Source of the DNA: Mobula hypostoma
Taxonomy: Eukaryota
NCBI RefSeq assembly: GCF_963921235.1
Contig: NC_086108.1
Span: 82,896,001-82,960,000, forward strand
Length of the DNA stretch: 64,000 nt
Reading direction: 5' to 3'
The notes under the pieces are model-generated. The model made no database searches. It was given only the letters and a program-made list of their open reading frames with translations, and was not told where the DNA came from. The stretch's first letter is position 1, and each line of letters begins with the position of its first letter. Below are positions 50,751-62,864 of the stretch, one piece after another. The position numbers and the translations under genes are program-made.

Positions 50751-51256
50751 AATATCTTCACCATAATCTACACTCATTTTACATTGAAAACAATGTCTGC
50801 CTTTCCCCATTTTTTCTGAGTTCAGAAGACCGGATGTCAGCAGTTCAGGGCACCTTGGATTCCAGGCCACACATGATATATATCTTGAGATAAGTACTTT
50901 GTCACAAATGCCTGAAGCGGGACAGATTTATGGTTGTCACAGGTGGGATTATGTAACATTGAAGCCCATTGGGCTTTACAAACTAGATGGTGACAAGAAC
51001 AGATAAAGAAAAGTAATCCTTTGTAATATTTAGCCAATCACTCTGTTTCCTTTCACTAACAGTGAAAATAGGCTGAATGTGTTTTGTCATATGCTCAGTC
51101 ATTTACTTTAAAGTGGTAGTGGAAAGAAAAGGACACAAGGATCGTGCCTTTGAAATATTTTCAGTGTTCATTTATCCAAAACTGAGCAGAAAATTAATGT
51201 GATCAAAAGCTTGTCACATGAACATTTGTGCAATCTGTAATGACTTTCTTCAAATA

Positions 51257-51822
51257 CGCTCAGTTGCCACTTAATTAGGTACCTCCTATAATCACAAAAT
51301 GGCGACTGAGTGTATGTTCGTCGTCTTCTACTGCTGTCGCCCATCCACTTCAAAATTCAAGGCGTTGTGCATTCAGAGATGCTCTTCTGCACGACACTGT
51401 TTTAACGCATGGTTCTTTGAGTTACTAACATCTTCCTGTCAGCTTCAACCAGTCTGGCCATTCTCCTCTGACCTCTCCCATTAACAAGGCATTTTTGGCC
51501 ACAGAACTGCTGTTCACTGGATGTTTGTGTTTGTTTTTGTTTTTGCACAATTCTCTGTAAACTCTAGAGACTGTTGTGCGTGATATCCCAGGAGATCAGC
51601 AGTTTCTGAGACACTCAAAACAACCCATCTGGCATCCACTGTCAATATCACTTAGATCTCATTTCTCCCCCCTTCTGATGTTTGGTCTGATCTGAACAAC
51701 AGATGATTATCTTGATTGTGTCTGCATGCTTTTATGCATTGAGTTGCTGCCACATGATTGGCTGATTAGATATTTGCATTAACATGCAGATGCACAGGTG
51801 TACCTAACGGCCACAGATTGCA
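51257..51822 (-). mobile_element. Non-autonomous Tc1 derivative (MITE)
   Basis: TA-C.CTCAGT.GCCACTT.ATTAGGTAC terminus; reverse complement of the copy at 58996-60051. Confidence 0.8.
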
Positions 51823-52342
51823 TACTTTCGTCATGGTGCCCTTGCAAATGTTCATTAATGTTTACTCCCCCTGACACTAGCAATGAAAGGGCTAAAAGAA
51901 ACCAATTAGGAGAATTTTGTGCATCCTGCCCTCCACCATTTGAGGAAATGAACTTTGGAGAGGGGGGACACAAAGAGGAGTAGGGTCAAATTGGTAAATT
52001 TACTAAGCCAGACATCATCATATTGAAAGTGTCTCCATCCATTTATGTGCAGCAACCTTGATGATTCTCAATGAACAGATCATGTTGAAGTGGATCTCTT
52101 ACTACAGTATGGCCAAATACAAATCGACTCAATCATCACACAAGTAATGAACAGTCATCAACAGTGCTACTAAGCACCACTTATTCATCAAAAACCAGTT
52201 CACTGATGATAATCAAAAAGGAAAATTGTTGAAAACACTCAGCAGGTCCGGCAACATCTGTAGAAAGGAAAACCAGATGATATTTCAGACTGAAGATCTG
52301 CTCATCAATGTATAATTTGGCAGAATCACTTGATTCCGGATA

Positions 52343-55300
52343 CACTTAGACCCCACATAACACTACCCTGCATAGCACTGATTTGTTACAATGCGGTTAT
52401 TCAATTCTTTATTGAAATTTTTAAAACTGACAAAAATTAGTACTAAACAGCACTTCAAACTTCTCAAGAACAGCCGCCATTACAGTAAACATTCAATCAG
52501 CCAATGAGAGCGCTTTACATGTGCTCTGAGCCTCTCACAGCCAATCACCTATTAGTTCATGCTCTGCCTCCCCTGTGTGTGTAAACATCCTTGCTCCTTA
52601 GCCAATTTATTCCGTTCTTTTCACCCATAACGTCTGGAAAATGTCCTGCAACTTACAGTGAGGGTAGTACATCTAAGATGTCTAGGAAAGTGTGCTTAGT
52701 GTGTATGCGCCGGTTGTACATGCAGCCTGGTACAGCCGTTCCGATCTATTGTTACTTTCTTCTTCTTACTTTATAACTTACATTATTTTTTGTATTTTTT
52801 TTCTCACGGTAACATGTCGAAGCTGCACCCTCTCTAACATACTGGTAGAGAGAGTTTTATTTGGGTTTTCTTTAGCGCTGGAAATGGTTACATCCCGACA
52901 CGCGGGACAGAAGCAAGGTCGCATTGTGTATTCCACGGACCAGCAAATACCGGCCGGCTTAGCGAACAGAGCGGCGGACACCCCTGCTGAAATCCGGAGG
53001 AAAACACACGGAGGGGGATCACAAAGCCGAGGAAAGAGGACTAGGTCGAGACAACAGAGACTTTTGGAGAAGAGGAGTTCGGTGGGTAATACCGTTCCGC
53101 CTGACCAGAAGTGCACCGAGAGCGGTAAGCGTAAGGGAGTTGGGTGCTTACTGTTCTGGCTAACAACGGATGGTGCAATCCGGGGTATATTACGATCGAG
53201 GAACGTGTTTGCAGACTGGATATTGAACCTTTTACTGCTGGACTTCAGCCACATTCCACCGTGATACAACACTTGGTGGCACGGGAGGTCGTTCCTGCCT
53301 GTGGCCATCGAACGTGCAGCTCCTCCTGTGGAGGGTCAGACACCCTGAGCCAATAGACTGGTCCTGGACTTATTTTCCATCTGGCATAGTTTGCATTTTG
53401 GTGTTTGATTGTTGGGGTTTTTTTTGTATTGCTATATTTACGCTCTATTCTTGGTTGGTGCAGCTCTAACGAAACCAAATTTCCCTCGGGATTAATAAAG
53501 TACATCCATCTATCTATCTATCTAAAAGCATTCACATGGATGTGAAACTGCAAGTGAGACAGCTTTTGGAAGCTATCGAGCGTCAGGTTGATGTTAGCGC
53601 CTCTTTGAAATTGGCTACACCAAAGATCCAAACAATTACAAAAAATGCAGACAAGATAAAAGCTTCTACAACAATGACCTCAAAGTTATCATTGATGAAG
53701 GTAATTCATTCAAGGAGCCAAAAAGTGGAAAATAGACTAAATATATGGATGGATGACCAAGCACACACAATGAAACATGCCCTTCAGCCAGCTGATAATA
53801 ATAGAAAAGGCAAGAAGCATCTTCAATCATATTCAAGAAGAAGATGAAGATATGTTGGTAACATTCACAGCCAGCAGAGGTTGGTTTGATAGATTTATTT
53901 AAACAGCTCAGTAAACTTCATATGAATATATTTCTCCAGTGAAGCGGCTAGAGCAGACTGCAAGGCAGCCCAGGGTTTTCCTGCAACGCCGAAGGTCATA
54001 ATCAAAGGAGGATTATCCTCCGGAGCTTGTCTTCAATGCGGATGAAAAGGGCCTACTTTGGAAAAGAACACCTTCTCATACTTTCATCTCCCGTGAAGAG
54101 AAACATGCATCTGGGTTCAAGGCTGCAGAGGACTGGTTAACTCTCTTGCTAGGAGGGAAAGCTAAAGGTGACTTTAAGTTAAAGCCTATGATTGTGTATC
54201 ACTCTGATATACCACGAGCAATGAAAGGCATTTTAAATTCAAGTCTATCAGTGATTTGAAAATCAAACAAGAAAGCTTGGGTGACCATTGATGCTTTCCA
54301 ACATTGGTTGGTTTCACATTTTTGTCCAGCCGTGAAGCGGTATTGTGGGGAACATGACCTTGAACCTAAAGAATTGTTTGTGGATGATAATGCCCCAGGC
54401 CACCCTAAGAATCTTGACATGCTTCATACTTGTATTCCTGTAGAAGTGTCTTACCTTCCACCCAACACTACTTCATTACTCCAACCATTGGATAAAGGAG
54501 TAATGGTGAATTTTAAAGTCTACTACCTTCGTTGCACATTCAAGCAAATTGTAAAGGAAACAAAAGGTCAAGACAAACAATCCATCAGGCAAGTTTGGAA
54601 AAATTACAATGTCATGAAAGCTGTGGACAATAATAGAGCAGACTGGGATGAAGTAACTTCAAACTGCATGAACGGAGTGTGGAAGGAGCTAAGGCCAGAA
54701 GCATGCAGCAACATCCTAGGATTTCAGGCAGAGCCAGTCATCCAAAACATCGTTAATCAGCCAATAAAGTGGGATTTGAGGATGCTAATCATGGTGATGT
54801 TGAAGAGTTATTGCATTCTTATGGTGAGAGCCTTAATAACTAAGAGCTTTGAGAATTGGCAGAGCAATGCATTCTGGGGGAATCTGTGGACATGGATGGA
54901 GAAGAGGAAACTCCAGTAATAAACCTCAGCACAAAATTCGTCAGCACCAGCATCACCATGATCACACAAATCATGGACCAGTTGACTGACGACGACCCTG
55001 ACTGAGAACGAAGCAATAAGGCAAAGAGAGGTGTTCTTGACTTGATTTCCTGCTACCTAGAACTGTTTCACGAGTGGAAACTTAAGAAAAGGCTGGCAAA
55101 TCTTGAAGCCTACTTGAAGAAGAAGCCAAAGTCAGAGGAGGACCCACATCCTGGTCCCTCCTCGAAGATGAAACCACCACCCACTTCCCTCTGCTGCTGC
55201 TGCTGTGGTGTTGCTGTTCCACTGATGTACAGGTTCGGCCTACTTACGTGTCTGTTACTCCACAAGTTACTGTGTCTACATAAGATAATATATCATATAT

Positions 55301-55416
55301 CTTGGGTTTGTTTTTTTTAAACAGGCACACATGTCCATTTATGTAATGTTATAATGACCTCACATAGCGCTCCACCTCTGAGGAACACATCCTCAGCATT
55401 AAGCAGGGTCTGTATG
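52343..55416 (+). mobile_element. Tigger/pogo DNA transposon (decayed CENP-B/DDE transposase)
   Basis: Degenerate TA-flanked TIRs; FTASRGWFDRF, VFNADEKGLLWK, DNAPGHP, YLPPNTTSLLQPLDKGV motifs. Confidence 0.88.
52691..53524 (+). mobile_element. Internally deleted Rex1/Babar element inserted in the Tigger ORF
   Basis: 5' UTR, MVTSRHAGQKQGRIVYS start, endonuclease piece (NNGWCNPGYITIEERVC..DIE), then directly the 3' end with AATAAAGT and a (TCTA)n tail. Confidence 0.75.
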
Positions 55417-55594
55417 TACCAGAAAACCCTGTTTTCTACATGGCAAATTTTGGACAAAAGCCAAAGTGACTACTCTTGATGTTGAGACAGTATTTCACTG
55501 AGTGTGAGGTAAAGGTGCCCAAGTAAAATTGAAATTAACAGAATCAAGGGTAGATGTTCTCTGACTGGTCATACCTCACACAAAGGATGTTTTC

Positions 55595-55882
55595 TTTTGC
55601 TTTTGGAGTCCAATTGGAGGTCAGAACAGAGATGAGGAGCAACTTCTTTAGGCAGAGGGTAGTGAATCTGTGGAATTCATTACTGTGAAGGGCAAACCAT
55701 TGGGTATATTTAAAGCGGAGATTGATGGGTTCTTGATTAGTAGGAGTGTCAGAGGTTACAGGGAGAAGGCAGGAGAATGGGGTCGTGAAGGATAATGAAT
55801 CAGCTATGATCAAGTGGTGGAGCAGACTCAATGGGCTGAATGGCCTAACTCTGCATCTGTACCTTATGGTACTATGGTCTCA
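55595..55882 (+). mobile_element. CR1 3' end
   Basis: RTEMRSNFFRQRVVNLWNS motif followed by the 3'UTR. Confidence 0.8.
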
Positions 55883-57996
55883 TCACATCTGCAGGCATTC
55901 TGTACCCCAGGCCTAACCACCATCAGTTGCTTCATCAGTGACTTTTGCCATAAAATCAGAGATGGAAATGCGCATTGTGAATGTGCAATGTACTCCTTCA
56001 TACACAGTTTCTCAGAGAATGATAAGAACATTGAAAGTATGTGCAACAGTTCATCAAAGCTTCTTTGACACATCTCCAGAAGTCACAACATGCAAGACAT
56101 TGAAACAAAATGGCTGCAGGAGCTGATGAATGCCAATGCCTAAACTCGTATAGCATCATTCTGATATGGAAATCAATCACTGCTGCAATCATAACCTAGA
56201 AAGTCCTTCCAAGTGGCTCCTTGACAGTGACAAAAAGGACAGCAATAATTTAAGAAGGTGGCTCTGGCGTTACTTTTTCAAGGGCAATGAAGGATGAGCA
56301 ATAAATATTGCCTTTGCCAGTAATTCCTAAAAAAAAACTATAAATAAATTTGAAGGAAATAAGATTCTCGTCCTGGAATTTTGGCAGCTATTTGAAACTA
56401 ATGTTGGCTTGTCAGATGTGGCAAATGTTGCAACGACAGGGAGGTTCTAGCCTCTCCTTGCAGCAGATAGTGGCTTATTGAGCTTTGTCTGAGGCTAGGG
56501 AGAGCGGAGATTCAAATGTCCTCCCAGTTCCCCAAGCAAACAATCTGTCATGATTAGTCTAGGTTTTCCATCTAGCCCCATGCCACAAGTCCGTCCATCC
56601 TCCCTCCCAATTTAGCTTCATACCACTAGAGCATGTGGTATCTTTTATAGTGTACTTTGAACGAAACAGAATATCAAGGAACTTCATAGAAACGCTTTTA
56701 AATAGATTCCACATTTAGCTATAAAATGAAATATTAGTCGACAGAATTAAGGGCTTTTGTCAACAAGATAGATTTTAAAAGGTCTTTTAAATGAGGAAAG
56801 TGAGGTGGTGAAAGTTGAGGAGGGAATTTTTTGCTTGGGGCATGGCAACTGAAGTTATGGTTGCCAAAGTTAAAGTAATTTAACTCTGGGAAGATCAAAG
56901 GCCAGAATTGGAGGATTAAAGAGCTGGGGAGATTACTGAGATAGAGAAATTACATGACCATGAAAGGATTTAAAAATACAGGAGAGAATTTGAAAATCAA
57001 GTCCTAGGAGCCAGTGCAGACCAGTAATAGTAGATATAATAGGTCATTCAAGTTTAAGCACGCATGTAGACAGCAGAGGTTTAAGGTGACGTCCAGTTTC
57101 CAGCAGACAGGAGTCACTACCATCATGGTCTTTTTTGCCGAGGCTTTGCTCCAGAGACAGCTATGTTAAAAGTCAGAAACACATGAAGCCACAGGTGCCT
57201 TGTGTTCTTGAACAAGTCCCATGTTAGGGAAAAAAAACTTTCCTTCTTGTGCTATAACACATCATGATATTCGGTGAAGCCTGGGATTGAGAGCGGCAGG
57301 GAGTTAGGCCCAGAACTGAGCACAAGAAAACAGGAGAGGATGCATCTATCTGCCCTGCCATTCAATATGGCCATGGTGGATCTATGCTGGCCTCAACTCC
57401 TTTTCTGTGCCTTTTCCCCATAACTTTTAATTCCTGATCTTTTAAGTCTTTGTGTATGTCCAACCATAACATATATTTGATGACCTAGCCTCCACTACCC
57501 TTAAGAGCAGACAATTCCAAGGAATTCCAGAGATTCTCTACATTCGGAGAGATGAAATTTCTATGCACCTCAGGTTTGAATGACGTGGCCCATATCTTGT
57601 AGCTACGCCCCTTTGTGATGCTTCTCTAGTGAAATCATCTCAACATATAACCTGTTAAGTCCCTAAGCATCCTATATATATAAGTCACTACTCATAAAGG
57701 AGTGGTGAGCCAAACAGAAAAGACAACCCTCTCAACCCAGAAAGAACTGACTGGACTATTGGAACCAAGGATTAGAAAAAGTGTTGCTAGAGAATTCCAT
57801 GACCTGGGATCTGTCGAGATACGTCCCTTCTAAGTAGCACCTTGCACATTATTTGACACTATTCTGCACATCTGGGTTCCTCTGTACTTCAGCATGTCAT
57901 ACACAAACCTGATTTTTTAATTTTACATTTCACTTGAATCATTTTCAATGTAGGCTGCAGGGTAGAATTTCTTACTATGTTACACAGTGGTGCTGC

Positions 57997-58220
57997 AGAG
58001 CAACACACACAACATGCTGGAGGAGCTCAGCAGGTGAGGCAGCATCTAAGGAGAGGAATAAATATTCAACATTTCAAGCTGAGACCCTTCAAGAGGACTC
58101 GATGAAGGATCTTGGCCCAGAACATCAACTGTTTATTCCTCGTCACAGATGCTGCTTGACCTGTTGAGTTCCTCCTGCGTTTTGTGTGTGTTGCCCTGGA
58201 TTTCCAGCATCAGCTGAACC
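57997..58220. repeat. Short palindromic PLE-end dimer
   Basis: Two inverted ~100-bp PLE termini joined at ~58100 (GAGACCCTTCAAGAGGACTCGATGAAGGATCTT). Confidence 0.7.
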
Positions 58221-58546
58221 ACTTTAGTTTATGATACACCATGTTCCCCTGCAGAATGGTCGTATATTTTGTATACCGATTGCTGTGAAATTAGGCTGAG
58301 TGAGATCTCCTCCCTGAACTACCAGGGTAGCTAATCAAAGAGCAGCAGACAGAAGCTTCGGATAAGGAGCTGTTCGTTCAACCACTGTTAATATTGATTG
58401 ATGTGATCCAGAAGCACAGGTTGTTCAAGCGTTTGACATTTAGCCCCAGGTTGATGGGTAATATCTGTGTACCGGTAAGTTACCAGGACATCAAGTGTGG
58501 TATGAATACAGATTTCAATTCAAATATTACAATCTCGTTTCCCTAC

Positions 58547-58609
58547 CTATTGTCTAGGGAATCTGATTGTGTAGCTGCTTGCCAAAGTACTGTCGTCTAT
58601 CTGTCAGCC
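58547..58609 (-). CDS. Candidate stop-containing exon ((G)LTDRRQYFGKQLHNQIP*)
   Basis: TTTTTCTTTTTTGCCATGAAG| acceptor (alternative CAG 9 nt downstream) and ATAG|GTAGGG donor. Confidence 0.3.
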
Positions 58610-58995
58610 CTTCATGGCAAAAAAGAAAAATCACTTGAGAATTAAGGGAATTGAAAACATGGGTTATGTTTGGTTATTAATCTTCTAGTGATAGTTTCAT
58701 CCGATGAACAACTTATTTGTGTTATTGAATGCCACACGGTTAATCCTGTGAATAAGAATCAGTTTTATTCTGTCTAATGGACAGACATTGAAATTGTATT
58801 TTACATCAATGGCATAAAGCAGAGCACACTCACTACTCACAGAAAGTCAGTTTGCTCAGGGGCCATGCAGAGAAGCATATGCTAAAGGTTACTCATCAGA
58901 ACACAAATTAAAGGATTAATCAAAATAAAATAACTACTTTGGATGAAAAGGTTTCAACATCCCTTTTCCTTGGCTCTGTCCCACAAATATAAAGA

Positions 58996-60051
58996 CACTC
59001 ATTGGCCACTTTATCAGGTACATCTGAACACCTTCTTGTTAATGCAAACATCTAATCAGCCAATCATGTGGCAGCAATTCAACACATAAATGCATGTAGA
59101 CATAGTCAAGAGGTCCAGTTGCTGTTCAGGCCAACTATCAGAATGGAGAAGTAATGAGATCTAAATGATTTTGACCGTGGAAATATTGTTGGTGCCAGGT
59201 GGAGTGGTTTGAGTATCTCAGAAACTGCTGATCTCCTGGGATTTTTACACACAACTATCTCTAGACTTTACAGAGAATGGTGCACAAAACAAAAAAAAAG
59301 TCCAATGATCAGCAGTTCAGTGGGTGAAAATGAGAGAAGTCGGAGGAGAATGGTCAGAATCAGAATCAGGTTTATTGTCACTGACATGTGTTGTGTTCAA
59401 GCTGATTTATACTTGTGTGTCAAATGCACGCCGTAGGTACTGCGTACCCTATGCCGTACCCTACGCTGTAGGGTGACGTGCACCTCCCCAAAAATATAAC
59501 TCACGCGTCATGGCGATGCACACTGCAACAACTGATTGGTCCGCTTGGTAGCATCGCATTTCCTCCTACGCATTTCCGGTTGCTTTTCTCCACCATGTCT
59601 GTACACTGATGCGAAACAAATGGTTGGAGACGATGAACCGAATCGTCAAATCTACCTGCCAACATCTGAAAATATTTGAAATGTATTTCCTCGTCCATGT
59701 CTCTCATGCAGAAACTCAACACAGTGGCACAGAAACCCCACCGCGAACTAGTGTTTTGGCGGTGAATTGCAGAGCGACGCTGACACAACTACACATGGTC
59801 GCTACGGCGTGGGGCTATGTAAAAGTATAAATCAGGCCTACAGCGTAGCCCGTATGCACAACTATAAATCAGCCTTAAGGCGGCAGTAGCTCAAATAAGC
59901 ATGCATTATAACAGTGGTGAGCAGAGGATTGTCTCTGAATGTATCACACATCAGACCTTGGAGTGGATGGGCTACACTGCAGAAGACTATGTAGTTACAC
60001 CGCTGTAATTTATTTGGTACAGATCATATGTAATAAAGTGGCTACTGAGCA
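58996..60051 (+). mobile_element. Non-autonomous Tc1 MITE interrupted by a second MITE
   Basis: CACTCATTGGCCACTTTATCAGGTAC ... TAATAAAGTGGCTACTGAG termini. Confidence 0.8.
59400..59875. mobile_element. MITE, probably PIF/Harbinger-type
   Basis: TIR GCTGATTTATACTTGTG / CACAACTATAAATCAGC; TAA on the right flank; subterminal TACG-type repeats. Confidence 0.65.
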
Positions 60052-60055
60052 TATG

Positions 60056-62030
60056 TGTGAGGAGAGTACGTGACAAGGATGGCTTGGACAGAAATGCTGG
60101 AGTGTCTGAGACAAGGATCAAGACACGGTTTCAGCCTGGATTGAGAATTTGAGCACAAAGCAAACACTGGACGAAATCATGAGCAGGCTTACAACTGAGC
60201 ACAGAATCTCATTTCAGGTGCTCCTAAAGTGCACAATCCTTGGCACCCAAAACATGACTGCCAATTAGCAGGACTGCCCTGAATCTTTAAAGAGGCTGTG
60301 CCAGCTATCCATACTCAGGGTGTCTAAACTTCAGAAGCTAGCACAGGTGTTGTACAGGACCCCCTCCCCTACGGCTGACTGCTGACGGCTTCGTCTGCTT
60401 GGAGAGATGATGGTTGTAGTCATGGATGAATCCGGATCCAAGATGTCTCTTTCGGGCACCCAGCACCTTTCCTCTGGTCCGAATCCTTCCCAGTCCATGA
60501 GATATTGCTGAACACCTCAAACAGTATGTGAGTCCAAAATTCTTCTCACAGTGAAAAGCTGCTTCCCGTCAACAAAGCTGGGTGGCGATGAGGCTGATGG
60601 TGCTGGGGCTAATGGGCTGCTGTTCACGGGATTTAACTCGGAAACGTGGTAGGGAGACTGATCTTGAGGGTCTGGAGGAGCTCCAAGGTGTAGGCCACCA
60701 GATTTACTTTCCTAAGAATCCTGAAGGGTCCAATGAACTTGGGCGCCAATTTCCTGAACTCCACTCGGAGAGGCAAATCTTGAGTCGACAGCCAGACCTG
60801 TTGCCCAGGCCACAAAACAGGTCCCTGTCTTCTCTTGTGGTTAGCCTTCACTTCAGCCTTCCAAGAAGAAGCTAACAAAATCTCCCTTGCCCTAGTCCAT
60901 CTCTCCTGCAGTACTGGACGAGTTCTCCAGCCGCAGTAAGTCCAACCTCTGCCTCCTGCTCTTGGAAGAGTGGTGGAGAATATTCAAATTGGCAGTCAAA
61001 AGGAGACATTCCATGCGCTGAATGCCCTAAAGTATTGTGGGTGCCCTCTACCCACATCAAATTGTTGCTCCACTCATTCAATCTTTCAGAGGCCAGGCAT
61101 CTGAGGGTGCATTTTATATCTTGGTTCACCAGCTCTGTCTGGCCATTGAGCTGCAGGTGAAACCCAGAGGAAAGACTCGCTGTTCCCCAATCAGTTTGCA
61201 AAACACCCTCCAGAAACGTGAAGCGAATGACGGACTGTGATCCGACACAATAACCACTGGAAAATCATGGATCCCGAAGACCTGCTACAGGACAACTGGG
61301 TCGTCTCCACCATAGATGGAAGTCTGTCAAGGTTGATGAATTTGCAGGACTTCAAAAAATGGTCCACAATTACCATGATAATGGTCTTCCCCTTGGAGGG
61401 AGGAATCCTGTGACACTCCGTGGAGATGTGAGCCTGTGGTCTTTCCGGAACAGGCAGAGGGTGAAGGAGCAGAGGTTGAGGCTGGATGCAGGGTTCCTTG
61501 TTCTGGGTGCACGCCTCATTCCAGAATGTATTGACAGACCTTCCTCACCATTTCAGGCCACCAATATCTTCTCTTAATGAACTTGAGCGTCCTGGCACTC
61601 CCTGGGGGAGATTCCATCTCAATACATGTCCCTATTGAAGAACCTGAGACCGGATGGGACTAGGAACAAACAGCTGACCCAGAGGGCCGTTCTGCAGAAT
61701 CTCCCCTTGCACCTGGGCCTTGCAAGCAAGCATGTCCATCCTCCAATGAATAGGTGCTATCACCTTGGCTTGGGGCTAAGTGGTGGTAGGCTGCTTTTCT
61801 TGTTCGGGTTCGTTGAACTGACAGGACAAGGCATCGGGCTTCTGGTTCTTAGATTCCGATCGATAGGTCAGAATGAAATTTAAATGATTAAAGGAAAGAG
61901 ACCACCTGGCCTGCCTGGAATTCAGTCTCTTGGCCTCCTGAATATAAGCCAGGTCCATCCATACCATAAAAGGTTTCTTGGCCCCCTCGAGCCAGTGACG
62001 TCACTCCTCCAGAGCCCACCTGACTGCAAT
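60056..62030 (-). mobile_element. Chromoviral Gypsy remnant (RNaseH end, integrase, chromodomain, PPT, 3' LTR ~60056-60356)
   Basis: [70 protein letters not shown] before TG. Confidence 0.9.
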
Positions 62031-62212
62031 ATCGTACAATATGTCCTTTGTACAATAATTTTGCCATACATTTTAAAAATTTTCTTTTTGCTTTTATACA
62101 AACCAAGATCTCTGTCTTACACAGAGCTGTACTAAACTATGTTGTCATAAAATCATCTGCTTCACCTTGTCTAAGGGTTCTAATAGAGAAATACTGAAGG
62201 AGAAATATGGTC

Positions 62213-62864
62213 TTTTACTTTACTTTATTGTCGCCAAACAATTGATACTAGAACGTACAATCATCACAGCGATATTTGATTCTGTGCTTCGCGCTCCCTG
62301 GAGTACAAATCGATAGTAAATAGTAAAAATGTAAATTATAAATCATAAATAGAAAATAGAAAAGGGAAAGTAAGGTAGTGCAAAAAATCCAGAGGCAGGT
62401 CCGGATATTTGGAGGGTACGGCCCAGATCCAGGTCAGGATCTGTTCAGCAGTCTTATCACGGTTGGAAAGAAGCTGTTCCCAAATCTGGACGTACGAGTC
62501 TTCAAGCTCCTGAGCCTTCTCCCAGAGAGAAGAGGGACAAAAAGTGTGTTGGCTGGGTGGGCCGTGTTCTTGATTATCCTGGCAGCACTGCTCCGACAGC
62601 GTGCGGTGTAAAGTGAGTCCAAGGATGGAAGATTGGTTTGTGTGATGTGCTGGGCTGTGTTCACGATCTTCTGCAGCTTCTACTGGTCTTGGACAGGACA
62701 ACTTCCATACCAGGTTGTGATGCACCCTAGAAGAATGCTTTCTACAGTGCATCTATAAAAATTAGTGAGGGTTTTAGGGGACTGGCCAAATTTCTTTAGT
62801 TTTCTCAGGAAGTAAAGGTGCTGGTGGGCCTTCTTGGCAGTGAACTCTGCTTGGTTCGACCAAG
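62213..62864 (-). mobile_element. Young Rex1/Babar 3' end
   Basis: ARCRSSAARIIKNTAHPANTLF...TRTSRFGNSFFPTVIRLLN; AATAAAGTAAAGTAAA tail. Confidence 0.9.

Noticed and set aside
53536..55100. Domesticated TIGD/CENP-B gene
   Set aside because: It has frameshifts, stops, a LINE insertion and residual TIRs, so it is a transposon fossil.
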